Below are positions 12,556 to 26,194 of a stretch of DNA of 64,000 nt, in pieces. Each line of letters starts with the position of its first letter. Positions within the stretch are counted from its first letter, which is position 1. The DNA is taken from the NCBI GenBank assembly GCA_043228905.1, contig JBHGNT010000008.1, forward strand, positions 20,708,001-20,772,000, written 5' to 3'. A program made the position numbers and the translations under genes. This DNA comes from Azolla caroliniana (Eukaryota; Plantae; Polypodiophyta). The notes under the pieces are model-generated. The model did not search any database and was not told the DNA's origin. It saw nothing but the letters and a program-made list of their open reading frames with translations.

Positions 12556-15500
12556 AACGACTTTGGATGTGGGCTAAGGTGAATTATACTTTGTAGGATT
12601 CATAAACAATGTCTTCTTCCTTCTTGTTGTTTGTGAACCCTCCACATGAAAGTGTTCTTTATGTGTTCACATTGCTGCTCATTTTATGAACATTGCACGT
12701 GTCCTCCTTTTTAGTGATTGCTTGTATTATGCCTGAACATTTCTTTCACAGCTTTATTAAAGGATTTAGATCAGTATAATATGGGAATTAACCATAAATA
12801 TGCCCTTTTTACCCCCCTTAGGAATATTCCTTGAGGAGCATCTGTTCGATGTTTCAAGATTTTATACAACACCGAGCCTGATAAGATTTGTGATCATGCT
12901 CATGTAAATGATTAGATATGATCATACAAGTTTTGTAATCATTAATCCACATAATGCATTGTAATTTTGAGGATTTGTTGAATTTTTTTATTAGTTTTTT
13001 AAACCATAGAAGTATTAAATAGTAATTGAGCAATACATTTGGTACAAAAGGCTAGAGATTACTTGATTATGTGAATAGCAACTCATGAAATGCCCACACT
13101 TCATAAAAATTGCAACTTTTTAAATTTACATTTGATTTGGATTGAATGCAAAACATATCACTAATAGAGTCAAGTGAGACTTGGAGGATGATAAAAGCGT
13201 TAAGTCTCAAAAATACAAGATTTGCATGACAATGTCTTACTTTGGACTCTTGGAGGTGAGACAACACCAAAGTTTGAATTGCATTTAGAACCCTATGCTT
13301 TTCACATGAGAATCAAGAAAACCTTGATGACTCATTAATGTATTTATATAAAATTTGAAGTAAAGGTTTTGAAGAGAACAATGTGATCTAGATGAACATG
13401 GAACCCGCTTTCATATGGTGTTGTTTTTCATATACATATAGTGTTGTTTTTGTTAGGCCAATTACATCTTATGAGAATAATACGACTTATAATGACGGAG
13501 ATGATTTTCCCAATGGATTTTCTTCGTACATAGGATGATTTTTGGACTCAAATTGCTATCATCAATATACTTATTATTATTATTATTATTATAAAAGATT
13601 TTCTTCAATAGTATTAAGAACAAAACGTCCGAAGGCTACAACTTGAACCTAGCTACCAAGGAGGTTGCAACTTTTCCTATACAAGGAGGTTTACATTTGT
13701 TGATATTCAAGAAAGAGTCCATGGAAGTCGATATTGCCATTGAGGCTCTTGAGTTGACATTGTAAACAGGGACACCTTTTTCCATAAGTGAAGAAGCTTT
13801 TTCTTTTTCTTGTTCACAGTAACTGGGGAACCCTGCATATTGTCATACTGGCCACGGACTACTGCCATCAAGTTCTCCCATATCTCACACAACACATCTG
13901 AGAGATGAATGTCAACCCCATCATAAAGTCGGCTCCATCGATATTTCCATAATGCCCATAATGTTATTGTGGTCACAATTTTCCAAATTTGGACAGATCG
14001 CACCTGCTTGTGAGGTTGCTGGAAGGGACTAACTAATATCAATATTCTATTATGTATTGTCATTGCCTCATGAACATCGTTTGCCTCATACAACATCAAG
14101 CCAGAATGTAATACTCCCCACATCGCTGATCCCCATGAGAATAGGCAACCTACATTGATTGTTAGGAATAAAGACATGACTTTTTTCCATACTTGTTGAC
14201 CAAAAGAACAAGACCATAGGACATGCTTGGTAGTCTCCTTAGGTTCATGGCAAAAGCCACATTGCCACAAATTGGGTGCTACATTCCCTTTCAATGAATG
14301 ACCAACAATGCACTAATAACCATCGAAAGAGAATAAATTTAGTTGGCCCATTCAATGACCATATCCATTTTCAATAGGTTCTCAAATGAAAAGTGGAAAC
14401 ACCCCAATTGGTCCAATGTTTCTGAGTTGTTGGTATCGTTATATTCCGAGAGAACAATAATGATCTTCCAAGTTTTACTGAGTACTGAAAGAAGGGGACC
14501 TTTACGATCTTTTCCCTCAAGGAGTATGACCAAAGCCAACCCCCCGGATCCCATGTTAATATTGCAACATGATCTTTTGCATATAACCACAAGATATCAC
14601 ACATATGAGCAACTGATGGATAAGGATCAAGGATTCATTTCTTTCCAGTTTTACCAACCACTCTAACTGGTGCACTTCGCAAGTCCTGTAGATAACTGCA
14701 ATCAAAGGTATAAGATTGCAATCTATTGTTGTCTAGGACCTCAAAATAAGAAACGCACCCATTAGGTGAAATGTCCTTAATAACCATCAATGTATCATTT
14801 GTGAAGCATCCAAACCATAAATGTTCCTACCTAGGTTGGAAGGTTGTAAAAAACGAAGTATATGTTGCTGATAAGGTGGCCATCATTATCTTGGCACCAT
14901 GAACTGATTGTAGATGTGCAAGTCGATCTTCTTGCGACATTTGTTGAAAATGAGTCCAAGTTCTTACAGATGCAGCTGACCATTATCCAATTTACCCCAA
15001 GCAAGGTGAGTATGCAGGCCCAATACTTTTCCTGTATTATCCCGAAATAGAGAATTGGCAAGCATAGGCTGATTAAGTAATGCATCCCAAGTAGAAGGTT
15101 TGTCCTATAGCAAAAATGATTTAATCGCATCCCATGCTCTTATGATTCCTAGCAAAAATCTATTGGATGCAAGATTCCTCCTTGGCGTTTTCATGTCATT
15201 CAAGAACAACCACTTTAGAGAGGGTGACCATGCTCCTCCTGTCTTAGGAGTTAACTGCATTAACTGATTTTAAAACATTCATTTCCAAGCTTCTAATTCG
15301 AGCAACAAACCTCTGATAACAAACTTAGTCAAGAGAGCTCTTGACTGCATCAAAGGATCTATCAAACCCAGCCCTCCATTGATTTTAGGTTGAATTAACA
15401 CATTCTAAGCAACTTTGGCTACTGTAGGTAGGAGAGCCATGTCCCCCCCCCCAAAGGAAATTCCGGATTAAGCTTTGCACTTTTGTTATTGTTGATCTAG

Positions 15501-17643
15501 AAAATAGCCACATAGATGCTATAAACCACATTGATGCCAATAGTACTGTGTTTGCTACTACAAGCCGACCCACGAAAGACAATTGTTAGGCATCCTAATA
15601 CAATAATTTATGTTTTATTGATAATAGTAACGGAGATAGCATTGCTTCTGGCCTTAAATCTATTCCAACCATACATCCCAAATATCGAACTGGCTCACCA
15701 TGATGAAACCATCGGAAAGCATAACCTGGATACCACTCAGGATGAGTTTTTGCACCCACCCAAAGGCCAACCGACTTATTCCACCTATAGCATTTGAGAA
15801 AACCTGCAAAGCATTTTCTACTCGACCAAGATTACCAATCTCCTTGTCAACATAGAGGGTTGTATCATTTGCAAACTCAACATCCACTATAGTGGACTGT
15901 GTAATACTATGCCTTTGATACCAGCAGTTGACGATCTTAGGTAGGAGGACAAGGCTTCCCCAAACAAGATAAAAAGAAATGGTGCAAGAGGGCATCCTTG
16001 CCTAACAGATCTGGAGATAGGAAATAACGTCTCGTATTCTCCGGCAAACAAAACGGAACTAGAAGCATGCCTGTAAAGGGATGAAACATCTTTTATCCAT
16101 GCGGCAGGAAAACCCAATCTTGACAGCACTGCCTCAAGAAAGTCCCAATCCACTTTATCATATGCCTTTTAGAAGTCAAGCAATAATACTGCAAGTTGCT
16201 GTTTATGTTGCTGAGCTAATGCAACCATTTCCCAGAACAAAAAAATATTATAAAAAATACTTCTATCTTGTAGAAAGCCAGATTGTGTGTCATGAATAAT
16301 AGACGGCAATACAAGTCGTAGTCTAACTGCAATAGTTTTTGCCACAATCTTATACACAATATTAAGCAATGTTATTCGCCGCCACTTGGAGACTTCATCA
16401 CATTGAGCATCCGATTTAGGAATCATATATATGATTCCTTCTATCCATTCCGTCGGCATATTGAGAATATTAAATTAACTGCTCTAGTAAGGAGAGGACC
16501 AAAAAAATCCCAATAATGCAAGTAGAAGCCAATTCCTATTCCATCTTTTCCCGGACAAACATGCTTACCTAAGGATTTAGCCGCAAAAAAGACCTCTTGA
16601 GATGTAAACGGTTGTAATAACTGAGAGGCCATTACATTTGTAACCTTCTGTTCAATAGTTGCAAGAACAACTTGTTTCTTCTTAAAATTGTTTGTCGTAA
16701 AAGATTCAGCAAACAATAAGTTATGAAAATAATTTGAGACTATACTTCGCATCTCAGAGACATCTGAGACTATACGTATAGAATCCATCAAGCCGTTTCA
16801 AAGAAGTAATAGAAGGGGATCTAGTTTTCCGTTTAAATTGATTGAAGAGTTCCTTATTGACCTAATCTTGCCTTTGCGACCAATGAGCAACATTATGATA
16901 GTAAAAGAACATTGAGTGTGCTTCTTGTTTTTCCTTTAAACTGCTTTTTACTTACTGCAAATCACAACATAATATAGATGAAGTTGGATACCTTTCCAAC
17001 AATTGTTGTAATGCTGCAAGAGCACGATGCAGGTTAGCAATCTCTGAATTACAGTGATAAACAGATGCTGAAACTATTTTTGTGAATAGAATCTTTGTAT
17101 CGAGTATGGCATGAGCCATATTGCTAAGCAAACTGTCATCCGAGAAATTGTAATTTGACCATATTTGAGTGATTGACATCTGATGATTATCATCAGATAA
17201 CAATGCAGGAGGGATATGCAATTGCCTCGAGTATTGCCTCTTAGTAAATGTAACATGTAACTTTAGAGGGTTGTGGTCAGAGATAACTGATCCCGGAATA
17301 ATTCCTATGGATCCACCTGCTTCCCAAAAAACACTACTAGCATAAAATCTATTAGTCGAGACAAATTTGTAGCAACCAAACTTCCATCTGATCTAGAAAA
17401 TTGAAGGGATCCTTGTATATGTGAAAATGAGTGCACCTTCCATAAATTTGGCAAACCATAGGTAAAACAAAAGTAGTCCCAACACTTAACTTCCCATCTT
17501 GAAATTGTAGTAGTTATACCTCCCATTCTATCAGCAACATCCTCAATCATATTAAAGTCGCCTCCCACCAACCAACAATCCGCCAAACTCGCATAATCAG
17601 AAAGAGATAGCCATAACTTTGCCCGTTCTGCTGTAGAATTAGG

Positions 17644-17947
17644 TGTTGGAGACGAGGTCGTCTATGCGGAAGATTAAGAAGCATTCGATTCTGTTCTGTA
17701 CCTGTGTATGATCGTTTCTGAGGTCGTGCACAGAGATGGAGAGAGAGAGAGAGAGAGAGAGGCACAAAAGACTCTTTATTCAATAGAAAAAGAATACAAC
17801 ACCCAACCTTACAAAAAGGTTACAAGGTCACTATATATAGTGACCGACTTAGGGCAACTACCCTTTATGCTAATTACACAAATGCCCCAAACTTGGGCTA
17901 TAGAAAGGGATAGTGTGAATACGTCCATTATACACTTGTATTCGACA
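17644..17947 (-). repeat. Copia 3' LTR (304 bp)
   Basis: TGTTGGAGACG...TTCGACA. Identical to the other LTR by eye except position 17665 (T vs C at 22875). Confidence 0.97.
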
Positions 17948-17956
17948 CTCCCCCGT
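17948..17956 (-). promoter_or_regulatory. Polypurine tract
   Basis: Minus strand ACGGGGGAG immediately precedes the 3' LTR. Confidence 0.85.
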
Positions 17957-18140
17957 AATGGGCGTATACATGGGTTATCTAAGATTACAGGTATAGACTT
18001 AGGTTCTCGGACATATCAGCTTTGTTCGGGTCGGCAGGGTCCGAAGGCAGAAGACCGAACTGGTCGGGTCGGAACAGTTGAAGCCGATCATTAAGGAACT
18101 GATGTCGGTTGTCGGGAACCATCCTGCTCTGTGTCCGGCT

Positions 18141-21100
18141 CTAACCGGACTGGTTTGTCGTTACGCCCATCTGATGCCGAAGAGACCGAAAACGGTCTGC
18201 CGAAAGACACTTGGTCATTCCATCTGCAACATTGTCGGTTGTGGATATTTTCTCTAGACCGATTTTCCCTGAAATGACGCAGTCCCGAACGAAGTGATAT
18301 CGAACGTCGATATGTTTGGAGGCGTTGTGGTGAACCGGATTTTTCGACAAGGCAACAGCACCTTGACTGTCGTTGTAGACAACTGGAGCCGAGTCATGGT
18401 CGACTTGTCGAAACGTGTGCGCCAGCCGACCGAGCCACAAAGCTTCTTTTGCTGCGTCGGACGCAGCTACATATTCTGCTTCGGTCGTTGAGGTCGCTGT
18501 GCACTCCTGAAGTTTCGACTTCCACGAGATTGCTCCATTGCCGAATTTGAAGCAGTATCCGGTTGTTGATTTCCGACTGTCTATACAGCCGGCGAAATCC
18601 GAGTCGGTGTAACCGACTACGCCTGAGGTTCGGTTCGGACCGAAAAGAATGCCATGGTCTTTTGTGCCAGCCAGATATCTGAACACATGCTTGACTGCGT
18701 TCCAATGCGATCGGCCAGGATTGTGCATAAATCTGCTAACGACTCCTACGGCATGAGAAATATCAGGCCGTGTCGCGACCATCAGGTACATAAGGGAGCC
18801 GACTGCCGGTGCATACGGTACCGACTTCATATCTTCCCCCTCCGGACCGGATGTCGGGCAGTCTCACTGAGAGAGCCGAAGATTCATGGGGAGCGGGGTT
18901 GAAGCAGATTTGGCTGATTGCATGTTGAAGCGTTCCAAGACACGTCCGATATATTCGGTCTGAGACAAAAAAAGATGTCGTTTATCGCGATGCCGACTAA
19001 TCTTCATGCCAAGGATGTGTCGTGCCGGACCGAGGTCCTTCATGGCAAACTTCAACCGCAGTTGCCGAATGAGATCGGCAAGTTCGCCCGCGTGGCGTCC
19101 AGAAATTAGCATGTCGTCCACGTAGATGATGAGGAAGATGGGTGATCCATCTTGAGCTGTGTTGGTAAAAAGACAATGGTCCTCATCGCTTTTTGAGAAG
19201 CCGATCGATTGGATGAAGTCGTCGAACTTCTTGTACCATTGTCGCGGTGCCTGTTTGAGGCCGTATAGACTCTTCCTGAGTCGGCAGACTAGATGTTCTT
19301 GGCCAGTTGCCACGAAGCCTTTTGGCTGCTCCATATAAATTTCCTCCTCGAGATCACCATGGAGGAAGGCTGTTTTGACGTCTAGCTGAATCAGCTCCAA
19401 GTTGTCGGCTGCCACTACGCCGAGTAGAAAACGAAGGGTTGTCATTTTCACCACTGGTGAAAAAATCTCGTCGAAGTCGACGCCATATTCTTGTCGGAAG
19501 CCCTTCGCAACTAATCTGGCCTTGTACTTTGGGGTGGTCGAATCAGACGTCTCTTTTAGTCGATAAACCCACTTGCAAGGAAGAGCACGTCGATTCTTAG
19601 GTAATTCGACCAGATCCCAAGTCTTGTTTGCCCGAATGGAGTGCATTTCCGACTCCATCGCCAGATGCCAGGTGGCTGAATCGACAGATGTCGATGCTTC
19701 TTCGTAAGACGTCGGTTCGCCGGCGTCGGTGAAGAAAATTCCAGGAGAGTACCTCTCCGGAGGTTGCGACAGTCTCTCGGATCGTCGAGGTATGATTGGA
19801 CTGGTCGCATCGAGTATCGTGGTCGGATGGTCCGAAAGCGGATTGTTCTGCTGTGCCGAGTCGGGGTTGTCTGAGTCGGTAGTGTAAGGTTCAGCTACCC
19901 GTGAAGCTGACCGTGTGTTGAGAGCGGGGCCTTCTTGAAGGGTCGGCACATCGGAAAATGTTACCCTTCGGACTTCGATCGGTTTTTCGATTGATGGATT
20001 CATAGCCGACTCGTTGAACACAACGTCCGAACTTCGAACGATTTGTCTGCGTTCGGGGTCCCAGAGTCGGTATCCCATTTCGCCGTCTGATCCATATCCA
20101 AGGAAAATGCATTTCCTGGACCGAGGTGCAAGTTTTCGGCGATCATCTTTCGGAATAAGGGCGTACGCCTCGCATCCGAAGATCCTCAGCTTGTCGTAAT
20201 TCAGCTTACTGCCGATCCATAGTTCCTGAGGAATTTGAAGTCCTAGAGGTCTACTTGGCGACATATTGATTATGTGTACTGCCGTGAGTAGAGCCTCTGC
20301 CCAGAAGCCATCCGACAGTCCGGAGTGTTGGAGCATGGAAACTATCCTTTCTTGGATTGTCCGATTCATTCGTTCTGCAATCCCGTTTTGCTCCGGACTG
20401 TGTGGTGCCGTAAATTCACGTCGGATGCCGCGTTGTCGGCAGAATTTGACGAATTCTTCTGATTTGAACTCTCCCCCATTGTCTGTCCGAAAGCATTTCA
20501 GTTTTCGGTCGGTTTGATTTTCTACCATAGCGAGCCAATCTGAGAAGATCGAGAAGACCCGATCTTTGGTGCGAATCGGATAAGCCCACACCTTTCGAGT
20601 CGAATCGTCAATAAAACTGACGAAGTAAGAGGCACCGCCTAGAGACTGATGCGGCATTGGGCCACAGACGTCCGAATGGACTAAATCGAGAGGTCTCGTT
20701 TCTCTTGGTGCTGATGTCGGGTGTGATGCGGCTGCTTGTTTGCCATACTGGCAATGCTCGCAGAATTGATGGTCGGAAAAGGAGAGTTTGGGGATGTATC
20801 CGGCTCTAGATAGATGCGTGATGCCGGCCTTGCTGAGGTGTCCTAATCTTCTGTGCCATAGTGATGACACAGGAATATCCACCAAAAACAGGTTACCCTC
20901 TCTGAGCGTAACATGTAACGGATACAGGGAGTGTATCTTGGGTCCTCTAGCAAGCAGGAGGTTCCCCCTGTGGAGTGTCCACCCTCCCGAAGAAAAACCG
21001 GCACGAATGCCGTCTTCATCTAGTTGTCCGACTGAGATCAATGGCCTTGAGAGCTCAGGTACATGTCGGACATTGTGGAGTACAAGTGTAGAGCCACCTG

Positions 21101-22175
21101 CAAGGTTGAGCTCTACTGTGCCGATTTCGATGATGTCACAGTGTTGCGAGTTGCCGACTCGAACTGAGTCGGAGTGACGGATCGTATATTGCCGAAATTG
21201 GGATCGATGAGGAGTCACGTGAAATGACGCGCCCGAATCTAAGAGCCATGTGCTCGATTCTTCAGTCGTGAGCAGAACTTCTGATCCGACTGGATTTTCG
21301 ATTGATAGTATATTCGGGTCGTTTGGTAGCACATCAGCTGAGAAGCTGACGTAATTGATCTCCTCATGCCGGCCACTCTTCTTGTCTGATCTCTGAGACT
21401 TGTCGTTCTTGTTCTTGAGTGCGCGGCAGTCGGCTTTGATGTGTCCGGGTTTCTTGCAGTAGTTGCAGATTCGGTTATCCCGTGACTGGCTCCGTCTTCG
21501 CTGATTGTTCGGCGGTCGTGAGGAGTCTCTTCCTCGTATGTTCGATCGGTCTGTCGAACCTTGTACTACATAAGCGTCGTCTGTTGAGTCTTTGGCGAAA
21601 GACTTTCTCCGAGCTGCTTCGGTCAGGATTGCGCTCGTGACTTCGGAGTATTTAACAGCCGTGGTTGACGCGTTGCACACAGTTGTGACGAAAGTTTCCC
21701 ATGATGAGGGAAGGCTGCTCATGAGTATCATTGCTCTGAGTTCATCCTCGATTGCCGTCCCCTGAGATGAGATTTGGGAGCTTATGCTTTCGTACTCATT
21801 GAGGTGTGCTTGAACCGAATCAGATTCTTTCATCCGCAAGTTGTAGAGGCGCCGGATTAGAAACATCTTCGTTGCGGCGACCTTCTTTTCGTAAGTGTCC
21901 GACAGTGTTTTCCACAGTTCGAATGCTGTCGTACACGATTGCACCGTAAAGTATACCGATTCCGATAGGTGCATCCGAATCGTGGCACGGACGATTCTGT
22001 CCAGCTTCTGCCACTCAATTGGTTTGTATCCTTCTGGAGGTTCTTCATTTTCGATGGGATCGATTTGCCCCTTGACTATGAGATAGTCCTGCATTTGTTC
22101 CTTCCAGAAGTTGAAGTTCGATCCATCGAACTTTCGTAGACTCATTTCTGACGAGCCGGATGTTGATGCCATCAA
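18141..22175 (-). pseudogene. Copia gag-pol polyprotein with one in-frame TGA at 18864-18866
   Basis: ORFs 18864..22175 and 18141..18830 are in the same frame (LSQ*DCPTSGPEGEDMKSVPY). Motifs: CNYCKKPGHIKADC knuckle, WLLDSGAS protease, HRRLGH/CEHC, SDVCGP..RTDNGGE..NGIAER integrase, YVDD RT, YTDSDFAG..TEAEY..KHID RNase H. Confidence 0.95.
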
Positions 22176-22838
22176 ATTTGGTTTCGGTTGACGAAGCTCG
22201 GTTCGGAGTTGACTACGAACCTTGTTGGAGTGCAGCTGGTTGGCTCACCCGATATCGTTCTAGTCGGATTTGAACCCGAGTCGGTTCGGCTTCGGAACTT
22301 GCTCGAATTGACTCCGGTAGCTTGAGGGACAGAACCGACTGGTCTTCCCGAATGTTGCCGAGTCGGAGTGAGCCCGGTTCGCTTCGGATATATATGCCGA
22401 ATACCGATTATTGAAACCGATTATCTGGACCGATTCTGCTTCGGTTGACTGCAGCAACGAGAGAGACGGATCCAACTGGTCCTCCCGAATGTCGATCAGC
22501 CAGATGAAGCACGAATTTGGGTTGTTGTCTTGAGACCGATCTGCACCGAGTGGTTACAATGAGCGGCGAGCAGCGTTTGATGACCTCTTCGGATGCCGTT
22601 TAACCGAATGGAGCACGATCGTGTCAATGTTGCACAAGGGGATTTCACCTCGAGCGGTTACGATCACAAGGGACAGAGTACAACCTGCTGGCTTACTCCA
22701 AGCGAAGATGATCTAACGCGATGAGATGCAAGCCTCGTTTCTCTTCTTCTTCTCTCTTCTTCGAATGACGCAGGAAACCGAATGTTGTGCAGGCTGAGAC
22801 GACGGCCGACAGCGGATTGAAGGACCGACTACTGTGCA

Positions 22839-22851
22839 GGCTCTGATACCA
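22839..22851 (-). promoter_or_regulatory. Primer binding site (tRNA-iMet)
   Basis: Minus strand TGGTATCAGAGCC begins 2 nt after the 5' LTR end. Confidence 0.93.
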
Positions 22852-22853
22852 GA

Positions 22854-23157
22854 TGTTGGAGACGAGGTCGTCTACGCGGAAGATTAAGAAGCATTCGATT
22901 CTGTTCTGTACCTGTGTATGATCGTTTCTGAGGTCGTGCACAGAGATGGAGAGAGAGAGAGAGAGAGAGAGGCACAAAAGACTCTTTATTCAATAGAAAA
23001 AGAATACAACACCCAACCTTACAAAAAGGTTACAAGGTCACTATATATAGTGACCGACTTAGGGCAACTACCCTTTATGCTAATTACACAAATGCCCCAA
23101 ACTTGGGCTATAGAAAGGGATAGTGTGAATACGTCCATTATACACTTGTATTCGACA
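22854..23157 (-). repeat. Copia 5' LTR (304 bp)
   Basis: Direct repeat of 17644-17947, adjacent to the PBS. Confidence 0.97.
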
Positions 23158-25616
23158 TTAGGGGCATAGAGATTCATAAGGGCAACCTTTTGGGATCTTG
23201 TTTTTACAATAAGGAATTGTGCCCGTTTATTCACAATAGTAGCAGCTGACACAATGATAGATTGTAAATGTTGTTTAATTGCAATGCATAATCTAGCCTA
23301 TCGGTCAGTGGGGCCAAAGGCAAGAATCCAGAAATGAGTCCACCGTCTTGGTAAAATAGATCCATACTTCTGAATCCTATCCATGCATAAGTGACGCTCT
23401 TGTAAAAAATGAATATCAATAGTGCCTACATTAGCAGTACCTAAATCCAGGCGTAAAAGTCCTTTAAATCTGTGAAAAGCCTGACCACCTAGGCCTTGCA
23501 CATTCTAGGAAAGAAGATGTAAGGTGTATTGGTGTCCTTTTCTCAAGGAGATCATCCTGACGGCATTTCTGGGCACCCTCTTGAGCTCTTGCTTGTCTTT
23601 TTAAAAGAAGATAGTTCCCTGCATACTTATGCACCCTATGATCTTTAACTTGCTTTTGAGGGGTTTGAAGTGTCAGGGTATCCTGTGAAACTGTGAATTG
23701 AAATCCAACACAAGGGAGTTTATGTACTTCTTGAGCCATTTCAACACCCATAATATTTGATTGACTAGAAATAGATTTTCCTACAAGCTTATCAAAGGGA
23801 AGTGAATTAACAGAGACATTGATTTGTTGGTTTGCTTCGATTCCCATAACACTTGGAGGCATTTCCACATCTGTAATATTTTGAGCAGAAATGACTTTTC
23901 CTTTTAATTTTTCAGAAGAAGCCAAATTAACAGCTAGTGTGAACTGCTGATTCTCAACAATTTTCAATGGTGGTTGGCCTATTACTAACCTCAGAAAAGA
24001 CTTAATAGGCAACTGCGTGGAAAGTAAGTCTGTCTTTTGTAAGGAAAAACCTGAATTAAATCTCTGTTGGGAAAGATGGGTTGATGGTTGATCCGAAGTA
24101 TTCACTTCATGTGACCGATCCTCTTATACATGGAGAGTAGAATACCTATTCTGTAAGGGGGGAAATTCCTTTAAATTATTAATTGACACTTGATGAGGCT
24201 TGTCATAAGATACTTGTGAAGATGTTTTCCTATGCCTAACCTTAGTCCAACCCTCAGATCTAGCCTAATACAATACTATATTTGTATTGGGTACATGCTT
24301 GTCTGTGTCTTTATTAAATCCAAAACACTAAAAACATTGATTTGGCAAACCCCTATACAATATTTTCTGAGAATACGATTCCTGTCTTGAGTCAAGTAAA
24401 TTGGGCAACAAGATATTTGAGGGCAAAAACTGTGGACTTAGAAATCAAAAGTTTTGTTGATGTAACTCCCATATGCCTATCCTTGTTCTGATGAGGCTTA
24501 TCATAAGTTTCCAAGACCGTACCAATAGTACTGGCAATTAGATGCACAAAAGGCACCCACTCTTTACGTAAATTGGGAAACACTGCCACACATGTATGAT
24601 ATGAATCTAAATCATGAAGTACTTGATTTGCGGAGAAGTTGTGAATCCACTTGTGGAAGAAAACCCATCCTCCCTTAACTGCCACTGTTTTCTTCTCTAG
24701 CAAGATTGGTACCATTCGTTCGAGCTCGAACTCCACTTGATAATAGTTTCAACCAAGTATTTGGATATCCATGATGTTGTCAACATCTTGTTTCAAAGTG
24801 GCTTGCAATAGCAAACGAAGATTAGCACGTTGAGGACGAATGCCCAAAATTTGCGCAATGATAGTCCTCTTCTCTAGATGCTGAATCTCTCTTACAATAT
24901 GTGCTTTATCTTGTTTTGACAACAGAAGCTCTACTACATTGTCCGAAATAGGTGTGATATCCGAGTTAGCTACACGGGAGCCCCGGTTAGACTATTCGCG
25001 ACAACGCGACAATTGCTCTTTGTTTGCCGTTGCATTGAAGAACACCAGAGTTATGGAGGATGTTGAGAGGCTGACCGTGGCAACTGGATTGGCTATAGCA
25101 GGTAAACTAAAGGGGACAAACGGCTTTTCCACATTTACTGTGGGATAAACGGAAACCCCTACACATCCCTCTAGATGATTTGAACAACCATCGGCTACAA
25201 TAGGTTGGACTGCGATAGGTTGGGTGGCGGCAGGCTGAATGGCGGAAGGCTGAGCAGCGTTAGGATGAACGGTGACAGGAGATATGGTGGTCTGCATCGT
25301 GTAGAAGGCTCTCGATCCAAAAACCCTAAACCCTATCATCAATATACTTGCTCCATTGGAAGTGCCAAAAGGTTTGAGGTAGATATCCAAAGCTTGTCAT
25401 GTAACTTGTCATTGCCGAACTTTGAAGTGAATGATAACATCAAGGAACACCAATCCTTGGCACTCACAACTACAAAATAGAGCGTTGGTGTCAGAGTCTA
25501 GAGAAACACAACTCATAGAATTGCTATTTATTTAAACCTCAACTATAATATATGATGTTTCTCGCCACATAGTGAAGACGTTAAATGTGATGCTAAGTGA
25601 GACAAGTAATCAAATG

Positions 25617-25619
<3 letters not shown>

Positions 25620-25674
<55 letters not shown>
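25620..25674. repeat. (CA)n microsatellite
   Basis: Directly visible long run; a second run lies at ~25952-25977. Confidence 0.92.
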
Positions 25675-25677
<3 letters not shown>

Positions 25678-25945
25678 TCACATTCTCATCTTTTCTCATG
25701 CGCTACACCTCTCTCACTCTCTTGCTTGGTCATTGACCCTCATGCATAAGCGTATGGTCTCTAACACCCCATGATCCCCATAAGCTTATAATACTTGTGT
25801 GTCACAAATTTGATGCGAGCCTCCTGGAGAAGTAATTATTAGGGAAGGGGTCAAAGAAGGGGTGACTGTCCTCTCCCCTCAAAGCACTACTTGAATAAGA
25901 GGTTGTACATCGAAGGTGGATTTTCATGGCAACTTTATATTATGA

Positions 25946-25977
<32 letters not shown>

Positions 25978-26194
25978 GGGATGACACAATCAAGGGTAAG
26001 ATTAAGGGTGGGATAATATGGCCCAAGTTTCGATCCTCTAGAGAAGAGGTGATAGTTAGACATCTTTAAGCAAGAATAATAAAAGTGGGATTTAATCACA
26101 TTTGGTTGATAAACTTTTTTAAAACTTTAAAAATAGTATGCTATGTATGTTTGAGCACACATTCCTCTATAGTTGGTGTATCGGTTGCTGGCAT

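Larger units (their letters stand above)
17644..23157 (-). mobile_element. Full-length Ty1/copia LTR retrotransposon (5514 bp), recent insertion into the LINE
   Basis: TG...CA LTRs at 17644-17947 and 22854-23157. 5-bp TSD TTAGG at 17639-17643 and 23158-23162. tRNA-iMet PBS, PPT, and gag-PR-INT-RT-RH order. Confidence 0.98.
13571..25500 (-). mobile_element. Near full-length decayed L1-type LINE (~6.4 kb without the nested copia): ORF1 plus ORF2 (APE endonuclease, RT, zf-RVT)
   Basis: ORF1 DUF4283-like segment (24392..24900; RPQRANLRLLLQA...WVFFHKW) and a knuckle relic YRGLPNQCF (~24350). ORF2 fragments in order: IHFLQE, NLYAPN|STAERAKLW, WLVGGDFNMIED, CPGKDG, WRRITLLNIVYKIVAK, LLLDF, SVRQGCPLAPFLF, FAND (FADD mutated), CGFCHEPKETTKHVLWSC. 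(TAA)n tail at 13571-13592. Many stops and frameshifts. 5' end approximate. Confidence 0.92.

Noticed and set aside
13545-13570. TSD for the long LINE (aattgctat at 13551 and ~25519)
   Set aside because: The match is short and not adjacent to the tail, so it cannot fix the 5' boundary.
17957-18140. Env-like or extra ORF in the copia 3' region; ORF 22260..22475 in the leader
   Set aside because: Only ~190 bp lie between the pol stop and the PPT. The leader ORF is short and has no recognisable motif.
18864-18866. Programmed stop-codon readthrough in the copia
   Set aside because: The stop lies within pol rather than at a gag/pol or pol/env boundary and lacks a CARYYA-type context. A point mutation is simpler.
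17644-23157. Horizontal transfer of the copia, suggested by its high GC/CpG
   Set aside because: Youth (little deamination yet) explains the composition; no evidence without a phylogeny.
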